Assembly: GCA_049724395.1 (NCBI GenBank)
Contig: JAUGWO010000132.1
Coordinates: forward strand, 1 to 34,916
Direction: 5' to 3'
DNA length: 34,916 bases
Origin: Spongospora subterranea f. sp. subterranea
Lineage: Eukaryota
A program made the translations under genes and the position numbers. Under the pieces are notes generated by a model. It was not told the origin of the DNA. It saw nothing but the letters and a program-made list of their open reading frames with translations, and did no database searches. Each line of letters begins with the position of its first letter. Positions within the stretch are counted from its first letter, which is position 1. Positions 11,861-24,945 of the stretch are shown here, piece by piece.

Positions 11861-13169
11861 GTTCAACAATTTGACGATATATGACGGCGTTCAACAGAAT
11901 CTGCGAGCGAATGGCAGACTTCAATGTGTCAGGACTCGTGCCATGAACGCGTAGGAACTTCTACAGTTCAACCGTAGCTATTAGACAACCTTTTTGGAGT
12001 TCTAACAGATCGTCAAGTCTGATATACTATCAAAGGACTGGGGCTGGTAAGGCGTCTATGGACTTGGCAAGGAGACAAAGGTGTACTCCTATTATTGATA
12101 GGATAATAATCAGGTCTGACGATCTATCGAGGTTTAGATATAGGTTGCTCTTGTACATCAATTAAACTACAAAGGGTTCGACTAAAGTGACTTTGCCGTT
12201 TGCTTCAAGATTTAGGTGAGAGTCACCCAGTTCGCACAGGTCATTGAGTCCTTTTAATTCTTGCTGGTATTGCGACTGAGGCAGTCGCATGCTGATTTAA
12301 GCGGTGGTGGTTTTGTCGTTTGGGCATTCGATGGCGTTGCCGATTGTTACGGTTGTAATGTAAGAATAAAATAATGTCAAAAAGGGTGAATTGCGTCTCA
12401 ATCTTGCGCTGGAGCTCATCCCAGTTTCAACCATCAAGCTCACAACTTAATTTTAGACCTGAGCCGGGTTTTGTCACATTGACGTCTTCATTTAACCAGT
12501 GCATAAGCTATGTTTCCATGAATGTGTTATCATCACCAATTTGGCACACCGTTGTGTTGACTCTCGGTCGATGATGCACCATTGTTCGTGATCATCGGAG
12601 CGCCATCCTCCTGTTGACTGGATGTCAACGTTTTTTGGAACTTGGGAGCTTTTTTAAAGATTTTTCGACAGCGATCAAAGACCCCAATATAAACCCAAAA
12701 AAAAAATCGGTGCTGTCGATAGTTATCCGGTTGTAAAATTGGCGATTTTCTTTTCACGTTCGATAAACATCATATTAAACTTGGGGGTGCCTTTCAGGTA
12801 CAAACTGTCTTAGGCGACATCGGCGGCTTTGGTGACGTGTCGGCTCACATTGCTAACTGGGATCGCAATATCACCCATTCTAGTGTGAAGTGGGTCCAGA
12901 TTTTCGGAGCGGTCTGTGATGCCCAACCATGTTGGTCAGTCTGGGGGTGTCCAATTTTGTGACTGAACAAAGATATTCACGATCGTTGATATCATCTGCA
13001 CTAGAAGTGATTCAACATCCTTCACACTCAAAATGACGTCCTGAGGAAGCGACCGGGCAATGAGTTTACCTTCACCAGTGAACCAAGTAGTCTCAACGAG
13101 TGAGAGAGGTGGGGTCGATTATTCATTGTGTACAAAGGGTGACCTGAACGGGAACTGGCCGTCATTCAG

Positions 13170-14450
13170 ATGGAGGTCACGGATAGGAAACAATCATTGC
13201 CCATCCTGCATTCGCTGATCGCTGGAGGATCGGCGGGGGGTGTGGCCAAGACGACCATCGCCCCGCTGGATCGAGTGAAAATCATCTACCAGGTTGGTGA
13301 GCGGGATGATACTTCCAACAAATCAATCTGCTCAACGTGGCTTCCGATAGGTATCCAGCTCGCAACAGTTCACATTCTCAGCGGCATATCGCTCTATCAA
13401 ACAAATTATCAAAGATGAAGGAGTGATGGGCTTATGGAAAGGGAACACAGCAACACTTCTACGTATTATTCCCTATGCTGCTATACAGTAATAGTGCTAT
13501 TTTTTGTTGATCGTTGAGAAGATGAGTAACTTGAAGTTAGGTACACAACTTTTGAACAGTCTAAGAAGGTATGATGTTGTAATACATTTTGTCAGTTAAT
13601 ACTCTCTCCCAAGTATTTCAGTAACACTGTGCATGTAGATGTGGATGTACGTTCGCCCGTTATCAAAAGATTCTTCTGGAATATCTGGCTTCGGCAGATT
13701 CGTTTGTGGAGGAGTTGCTGGTTTCACATCCGTAGCTATAACTTATCCGCTCGGTAAGTAAGCCACACAAAAAAGCCCAGGGCATTAAAAATCATTGTCA
13801 TAAGATCTTCTTCGCGCCCGGCTTGCTGTTGCCGGACCTGGCCCACGAATTGGGTCACTATTTCGATTATCACTAGGGTTGTATCGAGATAGTGGGATAC
13901 GCGGTTTCTACAAAGGACTCGTTCCCACGCTTATTGTATAGTTGAAACGCACGTTTATTTTTCACTGCAAATTTTAAATCGCAGCCATCAGGGTATCATT
14001 CCATATGCTGGAATCAGTTTTTATACATTTGAAACTCTCAAATATTCATATCTGGAAAAGCATGATACCGACACGTTACCACAAAGTGCCAGAATGCTAT
14101 TCGGTGGATGTGGTGGATTTTTGGCGCAATCTGCTTCTTACCCACTGGAAATCATCAGAAGGAGAATGCAGGTCGGTATTGTATGGAATATAATATCAGT
14201 GTTGATAACATACGTTCAGGTCCAAGGAAGCGTCACAACACGTTCGAGCCGTCATGTCACGTACGCTCTTGCGTCTCAAGCAGGCATGGTACCATTGGTC
14301 AAACATATCTACAAGCACGAGGGTATTGTACGGGGCCTGTATAAAGGTCTGTCCATGAACTGGGTGAAAGGCCCGATAGCTGTTGGCATAAGTTTCACTG
14401 TATATGATGCGGTGACTACCTTACTCAGGGACACAGAGTATCTGAATTAA
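13170..14450 (+). CDS. SLC25A42: Mitochondrial carrier family protein, SLC25A42/Leu5-like coenzyme A transporter (7 exons, about 314 aa)
   Basis: Exons 13170-13292, 13351-13487, 13541-13568, 13639-13753, 13805-13935, 13992-14171, 14220-14450 (945 nt, GT-AG introns). Three Px[DE]xx[KR] motifs (PLDRVK, PLDLLR, PLEIIR) plus AGGVAKTTIAP, LRIIPYAAIQY, GIIPYAGISF and GLYKGLSMNWVKGPIAVGISF. An extra in-frame 5' exon at 13060-13086 is possible. Confidence 0.9.
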
Positions 14451-14622
14451 TGAATCAACTTTATTTCAATATGCTTGACTCACAGTCATGTTCGCTTCCT
14501 GACACAATACGGTCTTCACGTTAACTGTTGACTCCTCACGCTGTTGTTGTCAAGCTGCAAACAGGACCAATGATCATAAGTTATTCCCATCTCTAAACCT
14601 TACCATATTTTCCATCCAAACC

Positions 14623-16177
14623 ATGTTAATCTTTTTGTTGTTGTTGGCCGCAACCGCTGTTTCTTGTGAAAATCACACGATCAACGTCAACGACCCTCTA
14701 AATGAATTTGTTTCTTCACAAACGTTTTCCCTAACCTACATGCTGATCAACGCCAGTCCAATTTTGCTGCATTAACACAGGCAATGTCCATGTTGGACTT
14801 ATCGTTTGCTTCATACACCCAGGTGGCTGCCTTCCTCGGCACAGTAGCTTTCAACACTGACGATCTGAATCGCCACGAAGCTCGCTGCGCTCAGGACAAC
14901 TCATGCGATTTGGCATTATACGATACAACATGCAATCCTGGCAACAGCAGTATCAATGGAAACCATTTCTACCCTCGATCCGCCATGATGATCTCATTTC
15001 AATGCGGATATGCTCATGTAGACTCCATACTTCGCAATTACTCAGCGCTTGCTGGCATCCCATCGCTAACCGAGAACCCATACCTGCTCTCAACCAACCT
15101 CCTTTTTTCATATTTGGCCTCGTTGGCAGTCTGGGCTGACCCTGATAGTAATGGTGAATCTTGTATGTCATTAACGGCGACGAACATGACCGGACTGCCA
15201 TCGTGCATCAGTAAAATGAACCCATGGGAGTGCTCGCTTGCTGGACAACAGGACCAAGCCCGGCACCTGCAATCGATTTCCAAGGCGGCGCAAGCATTAG
15301 GCATCAACATGGCCTTAGACGACTTAACCCCGATCAGCTGCAGCAATGTGTCAGTAGTCAACTCGCCTGCTCCAACAGCGCTTCCTGAAGATGACTGCAC
15401 TGGACCATGGGCTGACGACAACTCATCACTTCCAATAGTCTTGCCTGGTAACAGCTCTACTGCGTGTGGCATCATCTCGCAACAGATGTTCGCTGCTGCA
15501 TTCAGCCAGCTCAGCAATGATTCCAACACAGTCGATATTCACTTCCAATCGTTATCCTCTGCATGTGAATTCGCTAGTATTGACCGGCTCGACGTTCGCC
15601 AAGCTTCGTTCCTATTAGGTAGGCCCCGTCACCATCAATCGACAATTCAAAAAGTAATATGTTGTGTCCAGGTTCGATGATGCTCAATATGATGAATGTG
15701 TCGGATGCGGGGAACGCGAGCGATACATATCATGGTCGAGGATTGATGATGATATCTGGCTTAGCTTCATACCAACGGTTGTCCATCTATCTTCGACAAC
15801 TAGGGATCAATTATGACGTCGTTTCTGATCCCGATATCGTCTCATCCAACTTGGTCATCTCATATCTTTCTGTATTCATGACAATGGAGCAGACTAATTG
15901 CATGCAGTCAATTAGTTCAGGCCAATTCGGCTCGTGCATTGCTCGGATCCCAAGACACGATAAGTTGTGCCAGAGCGGATCGGCCCAAGATAGGCTAGTG
16001 GCAGCAGTAGAGGCCTCGTCACGTATTTTGGGGCAGCCTATCAGTCCATCGCTGTTGCGGACGTCATTATGCAATGGGACGTCGACAGAGGATGACGATG
16101 ATGTATCAAACGCACCGGCCACATCGGTATCAATTATAGCAATCCTATCGCTTGCGGCTGTGTCACTCCTCCTGTAA
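14623..16177 (+). CDS. Secreted, probably GPI-anchored protein with two divergent GH19 chitinase-like domains (about 484 aa)
   Basis: Signal peptide MLIFLLLLAATAVSC. Exons 14623-14709, 14757-15618, 15672-16177; intron 1 contains CTAAC, and an alternative in-frame acceptor lies at 14780. GH19-like motifs QVAAFLG, FYPRSAMMISFQCGY and YHGRGLMMISGLASY. S/P/T-rich linker and hydrophobic C-terminus IIAILSLAAVSLLL. Confidence 0.7.
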
Positions 16178-16224
16178 ATCAACAACATTTTCTAATTGTA
16201 ATTAAATCCCGTTATCAATTTAAA

Positions 16225-19185
16225 ACACAAAGTGCAGTCTATTCTCCACCGTGAGACACCGTTACAATTGATGACAATGTTACATAACACACAGTGCAGT
16301 ATATCCTCCACTGTTAGACACCGTTACAATTGATGACAATGTTACATAACACACAGTGCAGTATATTCTCCACCGTTAGACACCGTTACAATTGATGACA
16401 ATGTTACATAACACACAGTGAAGTATATTCTCCACCGTTAGACACCGTTACAATTGATGACAATGTTACATAACACACAGTGCAGTATATTCTCCACCGT
16501 TAGACACCGTTACAATTGATGACAATGTTACATAACACACACCGTTGACAGTTACAATTGATGACAATGTTACATAACACACAGTGAAGTATATTCTCCA
16601 CCGTTAGACACCGTTACAATTGATGACAATGTTACATAACACACAGTGAAGTCTACACCGTTAGACACCGTTACAATTGTGACAAGTTACATAACACACC
16701 GTGCAGTATCTCCACCGTTAGACACCGTTACAATTGATGACAATGTTACATAACACACAGTGAAGTATATTCTCCACCGTTAGACATCGTTACAATTGAT
16801 GACAATGTTTACATAACACACAGTGCAGTATATTCTCCACCGTTAGACACCGTTAAAATTGATGACAATGTTACATAACACACGTTACAATTGTGACAAG
16901 TATATTCAGTATATTCCACCGTTAGACACCGTTACAATTGATGACAATGTTACATAACACACAGTGAAGTATATTCTCCACCGTTAGACACCGTTACAAT
17001 TGATGACAATGTTACATAACACACAGTGCAGTATATTCTCCACCGTTAGACACCGTTACAATATGATGACAATGTTACATAACACACAGTGAAGTATATT
17101 CCACCGTTAGACACCGTTACAATTGATGACAATGTTACATAACACACAGTGCAGTATATTCTCCACCGTTAGACACCGTTACAATTGATGACAATGTTAC
17201 ATTGCAGTATATTCTCCACCGTTAGACACGTTACAATTGATGACAATGTTACATAACACACAGTGCAGTATATTCTCCACCGTTAGACACCACAATTGAT
17301 GACAATGTTACATAACACACAGTAGTATATTCTCCACCGTTAGACACCGTTACAATTGATGACAATGTTACATAACACACAGTGAAGTATATTCTCCACC
17401 GTTAGACACCGTTACAATTGATGACAATGTTTAACACACAGTGAGTATATTCTCCACCGTTAGACACCGTTACAATTGATGACAATGTTACATAACACAC
17501 AGTGCAGTATATTCTCCACCGTTAGACACCGTTACAATTGATGACAATGTTACATAACACACAGTGAAGTATATTCTCCACCGTTAGACACCGTTACAAT
17601 TGATGACAATGTTATAACACACAGTAACATTCTCCACGTTAGACCCCGTTACAAATTGATGACAATGTTACATAGTGCAGTATATTCTCCACCGTTAGAC
17701 ACCGTTACAATTGATGACAATGTTACATAACACACAGTGCAGTATATTCTCCACCGTTAGACACCGTTACAATTGATGACAATGTTACATAACACACAGT
17801 GAAGTATACACCGTTAGACACCGTTACAATTTGATTACAATGTTACATAACACACAGTGCAGTATATTCTCCACCGTTAGACACCGTTACAATTTGATTA
17901 CAATGTTACATAACACACTGTGCAGTATATTCTCCACCGTTAGACACCGTTACAATTGATGTTACATAACACAATGTATACATAACGTTACACAATGTTA
18001 CATAACACACTGTGCAGTATATTCTCCACCGTTAGACACCGTTACAATTTGATTACAATGTTACATAACACACTGTGCAGTATATTCTCCACCGTTAGAC
18101 ACCGTTACAATTTGATTACAATGTTACATAACACACTGCGTGCAGTATATTCTCCACCGTTAGACACCGTTACAATTTGATTACAATGTTACATAACACA
18201 CTGTGCAATATTCTCCACCCTTAGACACCGTTACAATTTGATTACAATGTTACATAACACACAGTGCAGTATATTCTCCACCGTTAGACACCGTTACAAT
18301 TTGATTACAATGTTACATAACACACTGTGCAGTATATTCTCCACCGTTAGACACCGTTACAATTTGATTACAATGTTACATAACACACTGTGCAGTATAT
18401 TCTCCACCGTTAGACACCGTTACAATTTGATTACAATGTTACATAACACACTGTGCAGTATATTCTCCACCGTTAGACACCGTTACAATTTGATTACAAT
18501 GTTACATAACACACTGTGCAGTATATTCTCCACCCTTAGACACCGTTACAATTTGATTACAATGTTACATAACACACTGTGCAGTATATTCTCCACCGTT
18601 AGACACCGTTACAATTTGATTACAATGTTACATAACACACTGTGCAGTATATTCTCCACCCTTAGACACCGTTACAATTTGATTACAATGTTACATAACA
18701 CACAGTGCAGTATATTCTCCACCGTTAGACACCGTTACAATTTGATTACAATGTTACATAACACACTGTGCAGTATATTCTCCACCGTTAGACACCGTTA
18801 CAATTTGATTACAATGTTACATAACAACTGTGTATATTCTCCATAACACCGTTACAATTTGATTACAATGTTACATAACACACTGTGCAGTATATTCTCC
18901 ACCGTTAGACACCGTTACAATTTGATTACAATGTCCACCGTTAGACAGTTACAATTTGATTACAATGTTACATAACACACCGTTAGACACCGTTACAATT
19001 TGATTACAATGTTACATAACACACTGTGTATATTCTCCACCGTTAGACACCGTTACAATTTGATTACAATGTTACATAACACACTGTGCAGTATATTCTC
19101 CACCGTTAGACACCGTTACAATTTGATTACAATGTTACATAACACACTGTGCAGTATATTCTCCACCCTTAGACACCGCTACAAA
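16225..19185. repeat. Tandem minisatellite array, 62/63-bp unit, roughly 47 copies
   Basis: Unit ccgttagacaccgttacaat(t)tgat(g/t)acaatgttacataacacac(a/t)gtgcagtatattctcca. The 62-bp variant runs to about 17820 and the 63-bp variant follows. Confidence 0.97.
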
Positions 19186-20109
19186 ATTGATTGGCCAATA
19201 GTAATAAAGGAGTTTGATGAGTTGGTGATACCGAGATTCTCCACCCTTAGACACCGCTCAAAATTGACGGTCCAATGTGATGTGACAAATGCCCATTGGC
19301 CAATTATTACAAGCTACAGGATCAGTATGCGGCATCACAAATGTCCGAGATCACCAAAATCATTTACGGAAAGAGCACGAGGAGTAAGTCACTTGACCCC
19401 ACGACAGTTTGGCTTCTTCCAGCCGTCAGAATGTATTGCACTGTTATCTACTGTATCAGGATGGCGCCATGAAATTGTGTCTTGTTTCATCTGATAATGT
19501 CTTCCGCAAAGTGTTCGTACAGTACTCACCGAATGCAAGAACCTTAGGCGTATCCACTATTTCACTCATGTTCAGAACTGTAATATCGTGGCGCCTGAAT
19601 TCAATTGGGTCAAAAATACTGCCAAACAGGACATCAGGAGGTGTTATTCTTTGGTAGTACAGACAATATTTGTCAGGATGCCCATTGTAGATCAGAAGTT
19701 GCAGATTTTCGCGTAGAATTTGGCCAGAACACCTATGATTGGGCCTACAGATGTATTGGCGACTCCAACAATGAACGCCCAGACACACGTTAGTGTTGCT
19801 CAGGGCGGCGGATATGTATTGCGACAGACGATTCTCTATCAACACGCTGATTGCAAGATTTATAATATCCTTGTGCTGGACCCAGATCAATCAACACTAC
19901 GAGCTATTATTCTCGAGATCGACCGATAGACCTGCCAAATTCTGCCATTGGGACCCAGTTCCAAAGGCTCAGCCAAACAGCGACGCACCAGTGCTAATGC
20001 CTCAACAACGTTCCATCTGCTTTAGTTTGTGTTCACAATGTATTCCGGTAGTCGGAATTTGAAGATTGCGAAAGGCTAAACCTTATTCAATGGAGATTAC
20101 GGGTCCAAT

Positions 20110-20836
20110 AGGTGAATTATGGCAACAGACTCGCTTGCCCGCTATGGTCAATATCGAACATTCGATTCTATTGTGATTGTTGACTGAAAATATAACATTT
20201 CACAATCCGTATTTCATAACCCGAAATGATTATTCCGAAAAATCGGTTCTATCCCATGTCGACAAGTCGATTTATCGTGACGCATTTTCCCATTTTAATC
20301 AGTATTTGGGTTTGAGTCAAACATTCTCCGCTTATCCAGGTACACGATTTCCAACCCCGAATACGAGTCGGTTGTTCTCAATTCGGGGTGGGATCTATTG
20401 TCATCCCTTCCACTGCCATCATATTTTGATGGTAGCCGACTTGAAAACAATCAACATTCATCAGACTCAACAACCAAATCAATCGACATCAATCGAGCGT
20501 GAATGTAGTCGATAGCGGAGGGAGGTGTAGAATCCACATATGTATTTCCGCCAATGTTGGCCAGAATCCAACGGAATTAAACGGAATCAAACAAAGCCTG
20601 CCGAAACAGGTTTGGTTTTTGTATCCAATAAATACAACCCTTCCAAAAGGTCGGGCGTTTTTGCATGTATTAGCTCTAGAATTACTACGGATATCCATGT
20701 AGTACTCTCGTACATTCATCAAATAAATTCACAGAATAATCCTATAACCCCTTTTGAAACTACCCATAAGCCCATGAGGTTTATTTGTTTGACTTCATCT
20801 ACCTTATTTGTTGAGTCAGTGAAGGGTCAAACCTTG
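20110..20836 (-). repeat. Downstream block co-duplicated with the secreted-protein paralogs
   Basis: Homologous, inverted and with indels, to 31039-31610 and partly to 34420-34600 (e.g. gtagaatccacat..gtatttccgccaa.gttggcca.aatccaacggaatt). Confidence 0.7.
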
Positions 20837-23092
20837 TCATGACCGAAAATCATATTGACAGATATCAGATTCCTTTCTGTCTGGTCCAGGACAGCAATCG
20901 CAACTGAACTTTCTGTAGTGTACTGATTCTCCCCATCTCCGAACAAATTCCTCAACACTTCCAGCGCAATGACGATGTAAACAATTGTAAATAGGACGGC
21001 GTGCTCTGATGAAACTAAATAAACCCGGATGAGGTGATCTCATTGATGCTGTCTTCACAATCACGAACTGATCATACTCTTCGAAAACTTTGGAAAGCGC
21101 TGGGAGAAGGTCTCGGGTTGATTTCGTTTGAAGACGAAGTCTTGCTGGAATATCAAATGGTCGGTCGATCGATCCGCAATCAAGGGACTGAACGCCCTGA
21201 CATTTTCGCTTGTCGAATTCACCATGTGTGAATCGATGACCCCATTTTCGAATAAACTCATTTGTATCTTGGCCACAGTGATGAACAAAGCACCCCCAAA
21301 TGGGCTTCGCAGACCGGCTGTAAAATGGCGCGAGACGCTGACGAGCCTCGTGGTCACTTGATTGGAATTTCTCGTAAAATTCACAGCATAATTTGAGTTT
21401 TTCTTCTGACTTTTTTGACTTTGAAATAGCAACAACAAGAGCTTTGAAAACCGATAAACCGAAGTTTTTGTTGCTGAAAACACAAATGTTCATCAGTGAC
21501 TCTTAATACAAAGCGAATGAAAACCTGTAGTCAGGGTTTCTGACGATTCTCATTCTCAGGTAACCGCAGGTGAGATGATTTGATCCACGACCGGGGCAGC
21601 ATTTCACTCCAAAATTACGGTGCTTCAAACACGGTCCCCAACGTGTCTGGAACAGGTTTATGTCTTTGCCACAACATTTCACAAGACATTGAAGTACGGG
21701 GATACAGATGTGCTTGAGACAAAAAATCACGTTATGTCGAAAACTGCTGAGCGATCGTCTTCGAGAGACCAGTTTCAAAACAAAATTCGAAATTAGAATC
21801 AGTTTGTGCAGGGTGCTGGTTGCTTTGGCGATTCGCTTAGGATGGGGTACATCAATGTTGTTTTGTCCGACCTCAACCTTATCCCGCCCCGACTTTCCGA
21901 GCAACAGTAGTTCTATTATGTGTTCCGTTATGGCCACACTGTTGCGAAACTCGACCTGTTCTGGATTCGTCTCCTTTCCCTAAGCAGACGATACCGTTTA
22001 TGATCATCAAACCCCAGACACAGCGGGGAACCAGAGTTCTGACCAGAAACACACAGAGGCTGTCATAGTCCTTGACCTCATCGAGGTCCCAGTTTAGGCG
22101 GCGACAGAGGATTCGCAATCCTTCGAGGTATTTAGAATTACGAATTTCAACCATTTTGTGAGTCTGCTCCGGAAATCCATCCAAATACGCCATAAGCAGA
22201 TATTAATCATCACGGATCTTGGCAATCCCTTACTGTCACGAAATTTTCACGAACGTCAACAGGATGGTTTTTCGAATTGATCGTTGCTTTGATGCGGCAA
22301 TCGAAAGTTGTTCTCTCAGTTGACTGTTGACCATCAATATCGATACGGGATGCATCACGGTTTGAACACGTGCTCGGGTTCCAATCCTAAGACGAACTTA
22401 GCAAACCGAAACACAAGTTGGACTTGAACTGAACGGCTAAATTTGTGGAAGAACTGTCACCAAACTGGTGGGCGATTCTGTTATCGGGAACAAGATTCTC
22501 GAGAAAATCTTTTGACGGCAAAATTTCCGAATCAACTGGAATTCGATTTGGATCGATAAGGCAATTGAGGTTCTCGTCCTCTTGGCTCAACTGTTGAGAA
22601 TCGATACTGATATTGGACCAGCCAATATTCGAACCGGGGCTCCAGTCCCATTCCTAAAGAAACACTTAACAGCCCGAATGTCGGTATGACGATGCAGTGA
22701 ACGACTACATTCATCCAAGAACATTCATCAAACTGGTCGACACGATTGATATTTGTACTCTCAAACGCCAACAAGGAATCGCCTTGCGGATCATTTGACT
22801 CCCATGTCGAATCTTCGAGTATTGGAAAGTGTAAATCGTGGGGCTTGTCATTGGGCATTGCCCACTCCTGCGACGGCGACATTGTGTCCTGCGAGGGCCA
22901 ATGATCTCAGAATTTAATGAATTATTTGGAGCGACATTCCGCCATCGATACCGGGAAAGACGCGATTCTTGTGGCGGCATTGGACTGATGGGATCGAAGC
23001 GGTTCGCCCCAACCATGACCAAGTTCGGTTGTCACCGATGGAGTCGCTCTTGTTGCCAGCAGCAGCAACCCCAACAAGTTGAGGACACGCAT
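20837..23092 (-). CDS. Putative secreted Cys/His-repeat protein, paralog B (7 exons, about 636-642 aa)
   Basis: Exons 23092-22952, 22888-22703, 22653-22435, 22386-22234, ~22181-22044, 21979-21525, 21473-20837. Signal-peptide-like MRVLNLLGLLLLAT. The intron-4 acceptor reads TG instead of AG, with an in-frame CAG 18 nt downstream. Confidence 0.65.
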
Positions 23093-23536
23093 TAGAGGAA
23101 TGGATGGGCGCAACAGTAGCGCCGTTCGCCAAGTGGCTAAGATGAGTTCAGAGTCAATGATGCGAAGAACCGTTGTGGGTTTCGTACACCGATTCTCCTC
23201 TCCAATCTAATCACCTTTCCTGTTATGATTTAGCTCTCCATTTGATAGGTCCGTTGTTCTACCATTTTTTCCATCACGTATTGACTGCTTATCGAAGCCA
23301 ACGTCTTAGGAAGAGGGATGTTCGACCTGCCATGTTTGGTTCAATCTGTTTATGAGAGCAAATAATGGCGGGTAGTTATCTCGAAACAACTTGTATTGTT
23401 TAAAAAACACCCTTGAATTTTCCTATCCCGGTATAGGAAAGATTCAATGTGGGTCTTAACGATAACACTTCCTGGCTACGATTTCGGTTTACAATTCAAC
23501 AATTTACGCTGCTGTCAAGTAAATCGGAGAGTTAAA

Positions 23537-23697
23537 AATGGCCCAAAAGATTGATTTGTCCCAAAAATGGCCCAAATTGGCCCAAAATCATAATTGGCCC
23601 AAAATCATGATTGGCCCAAAATCACAATTGGCCCAAAATCATAATTGGCCCAAAATCATCATGATTGGCCTAAAAAACGGCCCAAAAATGGCCCAAA
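23537..23697. repeat. Short tandem repeat of about 18 bp ((aat)tggcccaaaatcat), about 9 core copies
   Basis: Repeated tggcccaaaa cores are directly visible. Confidence 0.85.
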
Positions 23698-23989
23698 CAG
23701 CCCGATATGGCTTTTATATGTTGAAAAATTTTAAAAAGTTTGGATGCGATCTACCTCAGTCAGTTGATGTTTAGATTTCTAAAACCTAGCAATGCTATTT
23801 TTTCCATTCTAGTGACCTTTTAAATGCCTTTTGGAGCTTGATAAATTTTTTGATGATTGAAGATCTCGCAGCAGCTCAAACTGCTCGTCAATTCGTAGAT
23901 ACTCTTCAGCCACTTGCATGGCCCTCAAATGAATCCAATGAATCCTGTGCGATAATAGGTTGATTAAATAATTGCCCCATGTACCATAT

Positions 23990-24876
23990 TATCACTTCAC
24001 ATACACCAATCGTAAAACCTCAGACCACTGAACAGGAATCCCCACTTTGGAACGTCCTGGAGCTCGTGTTCCCGATGGGATTCCTCAAACTCTGATATCT
24101 TTTCTTCGATTTGCAGCAACAAAAATTGCAGTTTGCCCCTCGGACGAAATCGTCGGGACAGGCAGAAAGCCGAACTGCGATGATTCTGTATCTGCAATTT
24201 CGACCTTCGCCGCCGATAGAGGATATCGCTGGACCACAAGGGTCGCAGCGTCTTGTAATCAGTCTGTAGAGGCCGAATGCAGCTAGTGCATCCAACCTGT
24301 TGACAAACAATCGGAGCAATCACAACCGTTCCAATCTCCAGGTCCTTGACATCATTATCTGGACAATTTCCTCAATCTCAATATTTTCCATATTGCATAA
24401 TCGGAAATAGATATATCCTAACCGTGATTGTCATCGTAGGGTATAACCGCATTACTGATTGATGACAAACTGTAAATGGGATGATCTGCATTTACATGTA
24501 AGGAACACAACAATACAGGAGCAAAACGCAAATGAGACCACTGGAATCTGTGTCCGAATGAGTATTTGATGGGGTGAGGTGAAACTGGCAGAATATCTGA
24601 TCGGCAATTTACGGTCAGCAAACTTTGACAGCCCTGTATTGTGATTACACACCTTGAAATTCTATAGCTGATTGAATGTTTGCTGAATGACTTGAAACAG
24701 GACGGGAATCTGATCGTCAGCAAACAAAGGGAATCGATCTGCACTGTCATTCTACACACCTTGAGAATCGATATCTTCACTGTGATTGGAATCAATGACA
24801 TCAAATAGATCCGATAGTTGTTCAGAATCGGATCCAGCCAACCTCGAAATTGCAATGGCTTGTCGCAAAGCTGAAT
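23990..24876 (-). pseudogene. Intron-rich gene fragment 'X', copy 2 (longest)
   Basis: Series of short exon-like blocks with GT...CAG intron-like spacers of about 50 nt. Homologous to 1-627 and 27812-28215. Confidence 0.55.
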
Positions 24877-24945
24877 CTATCAATAAATTTAAGAATATCC
24901 AATAAAATAGCCAAGGTTTAACCTGCTGATGGCCAGGACTGATTA

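Noticed and set aside
14700..14784. Frameshift or pseudogene at the start of the GH19-like gene
   Set aside because: A GT...CTAAC...CAG intron (14710-14756) restores the frame. A small deletion cannot be fully excluded without transcripts.
15038..16188. Minus-strand ORFs of 163 and 125 aa
   Set aside because: They are antisense shadows of the GH19-like gene.
18238..18846. 202-aa repeat protein (HRYNLITMLHNTLCSIFSTVR)n
   Set aside because: This is a by-product of a 63-bp unit being a multiple of 3. The 62-bp block and scattered indels break the frame, and there is no unique start context.
16225..19185. CRISPR array
   Set aside because: Units repeat head to tail with no unique spacers, there are no cas genes, and the context is eukaryotic.
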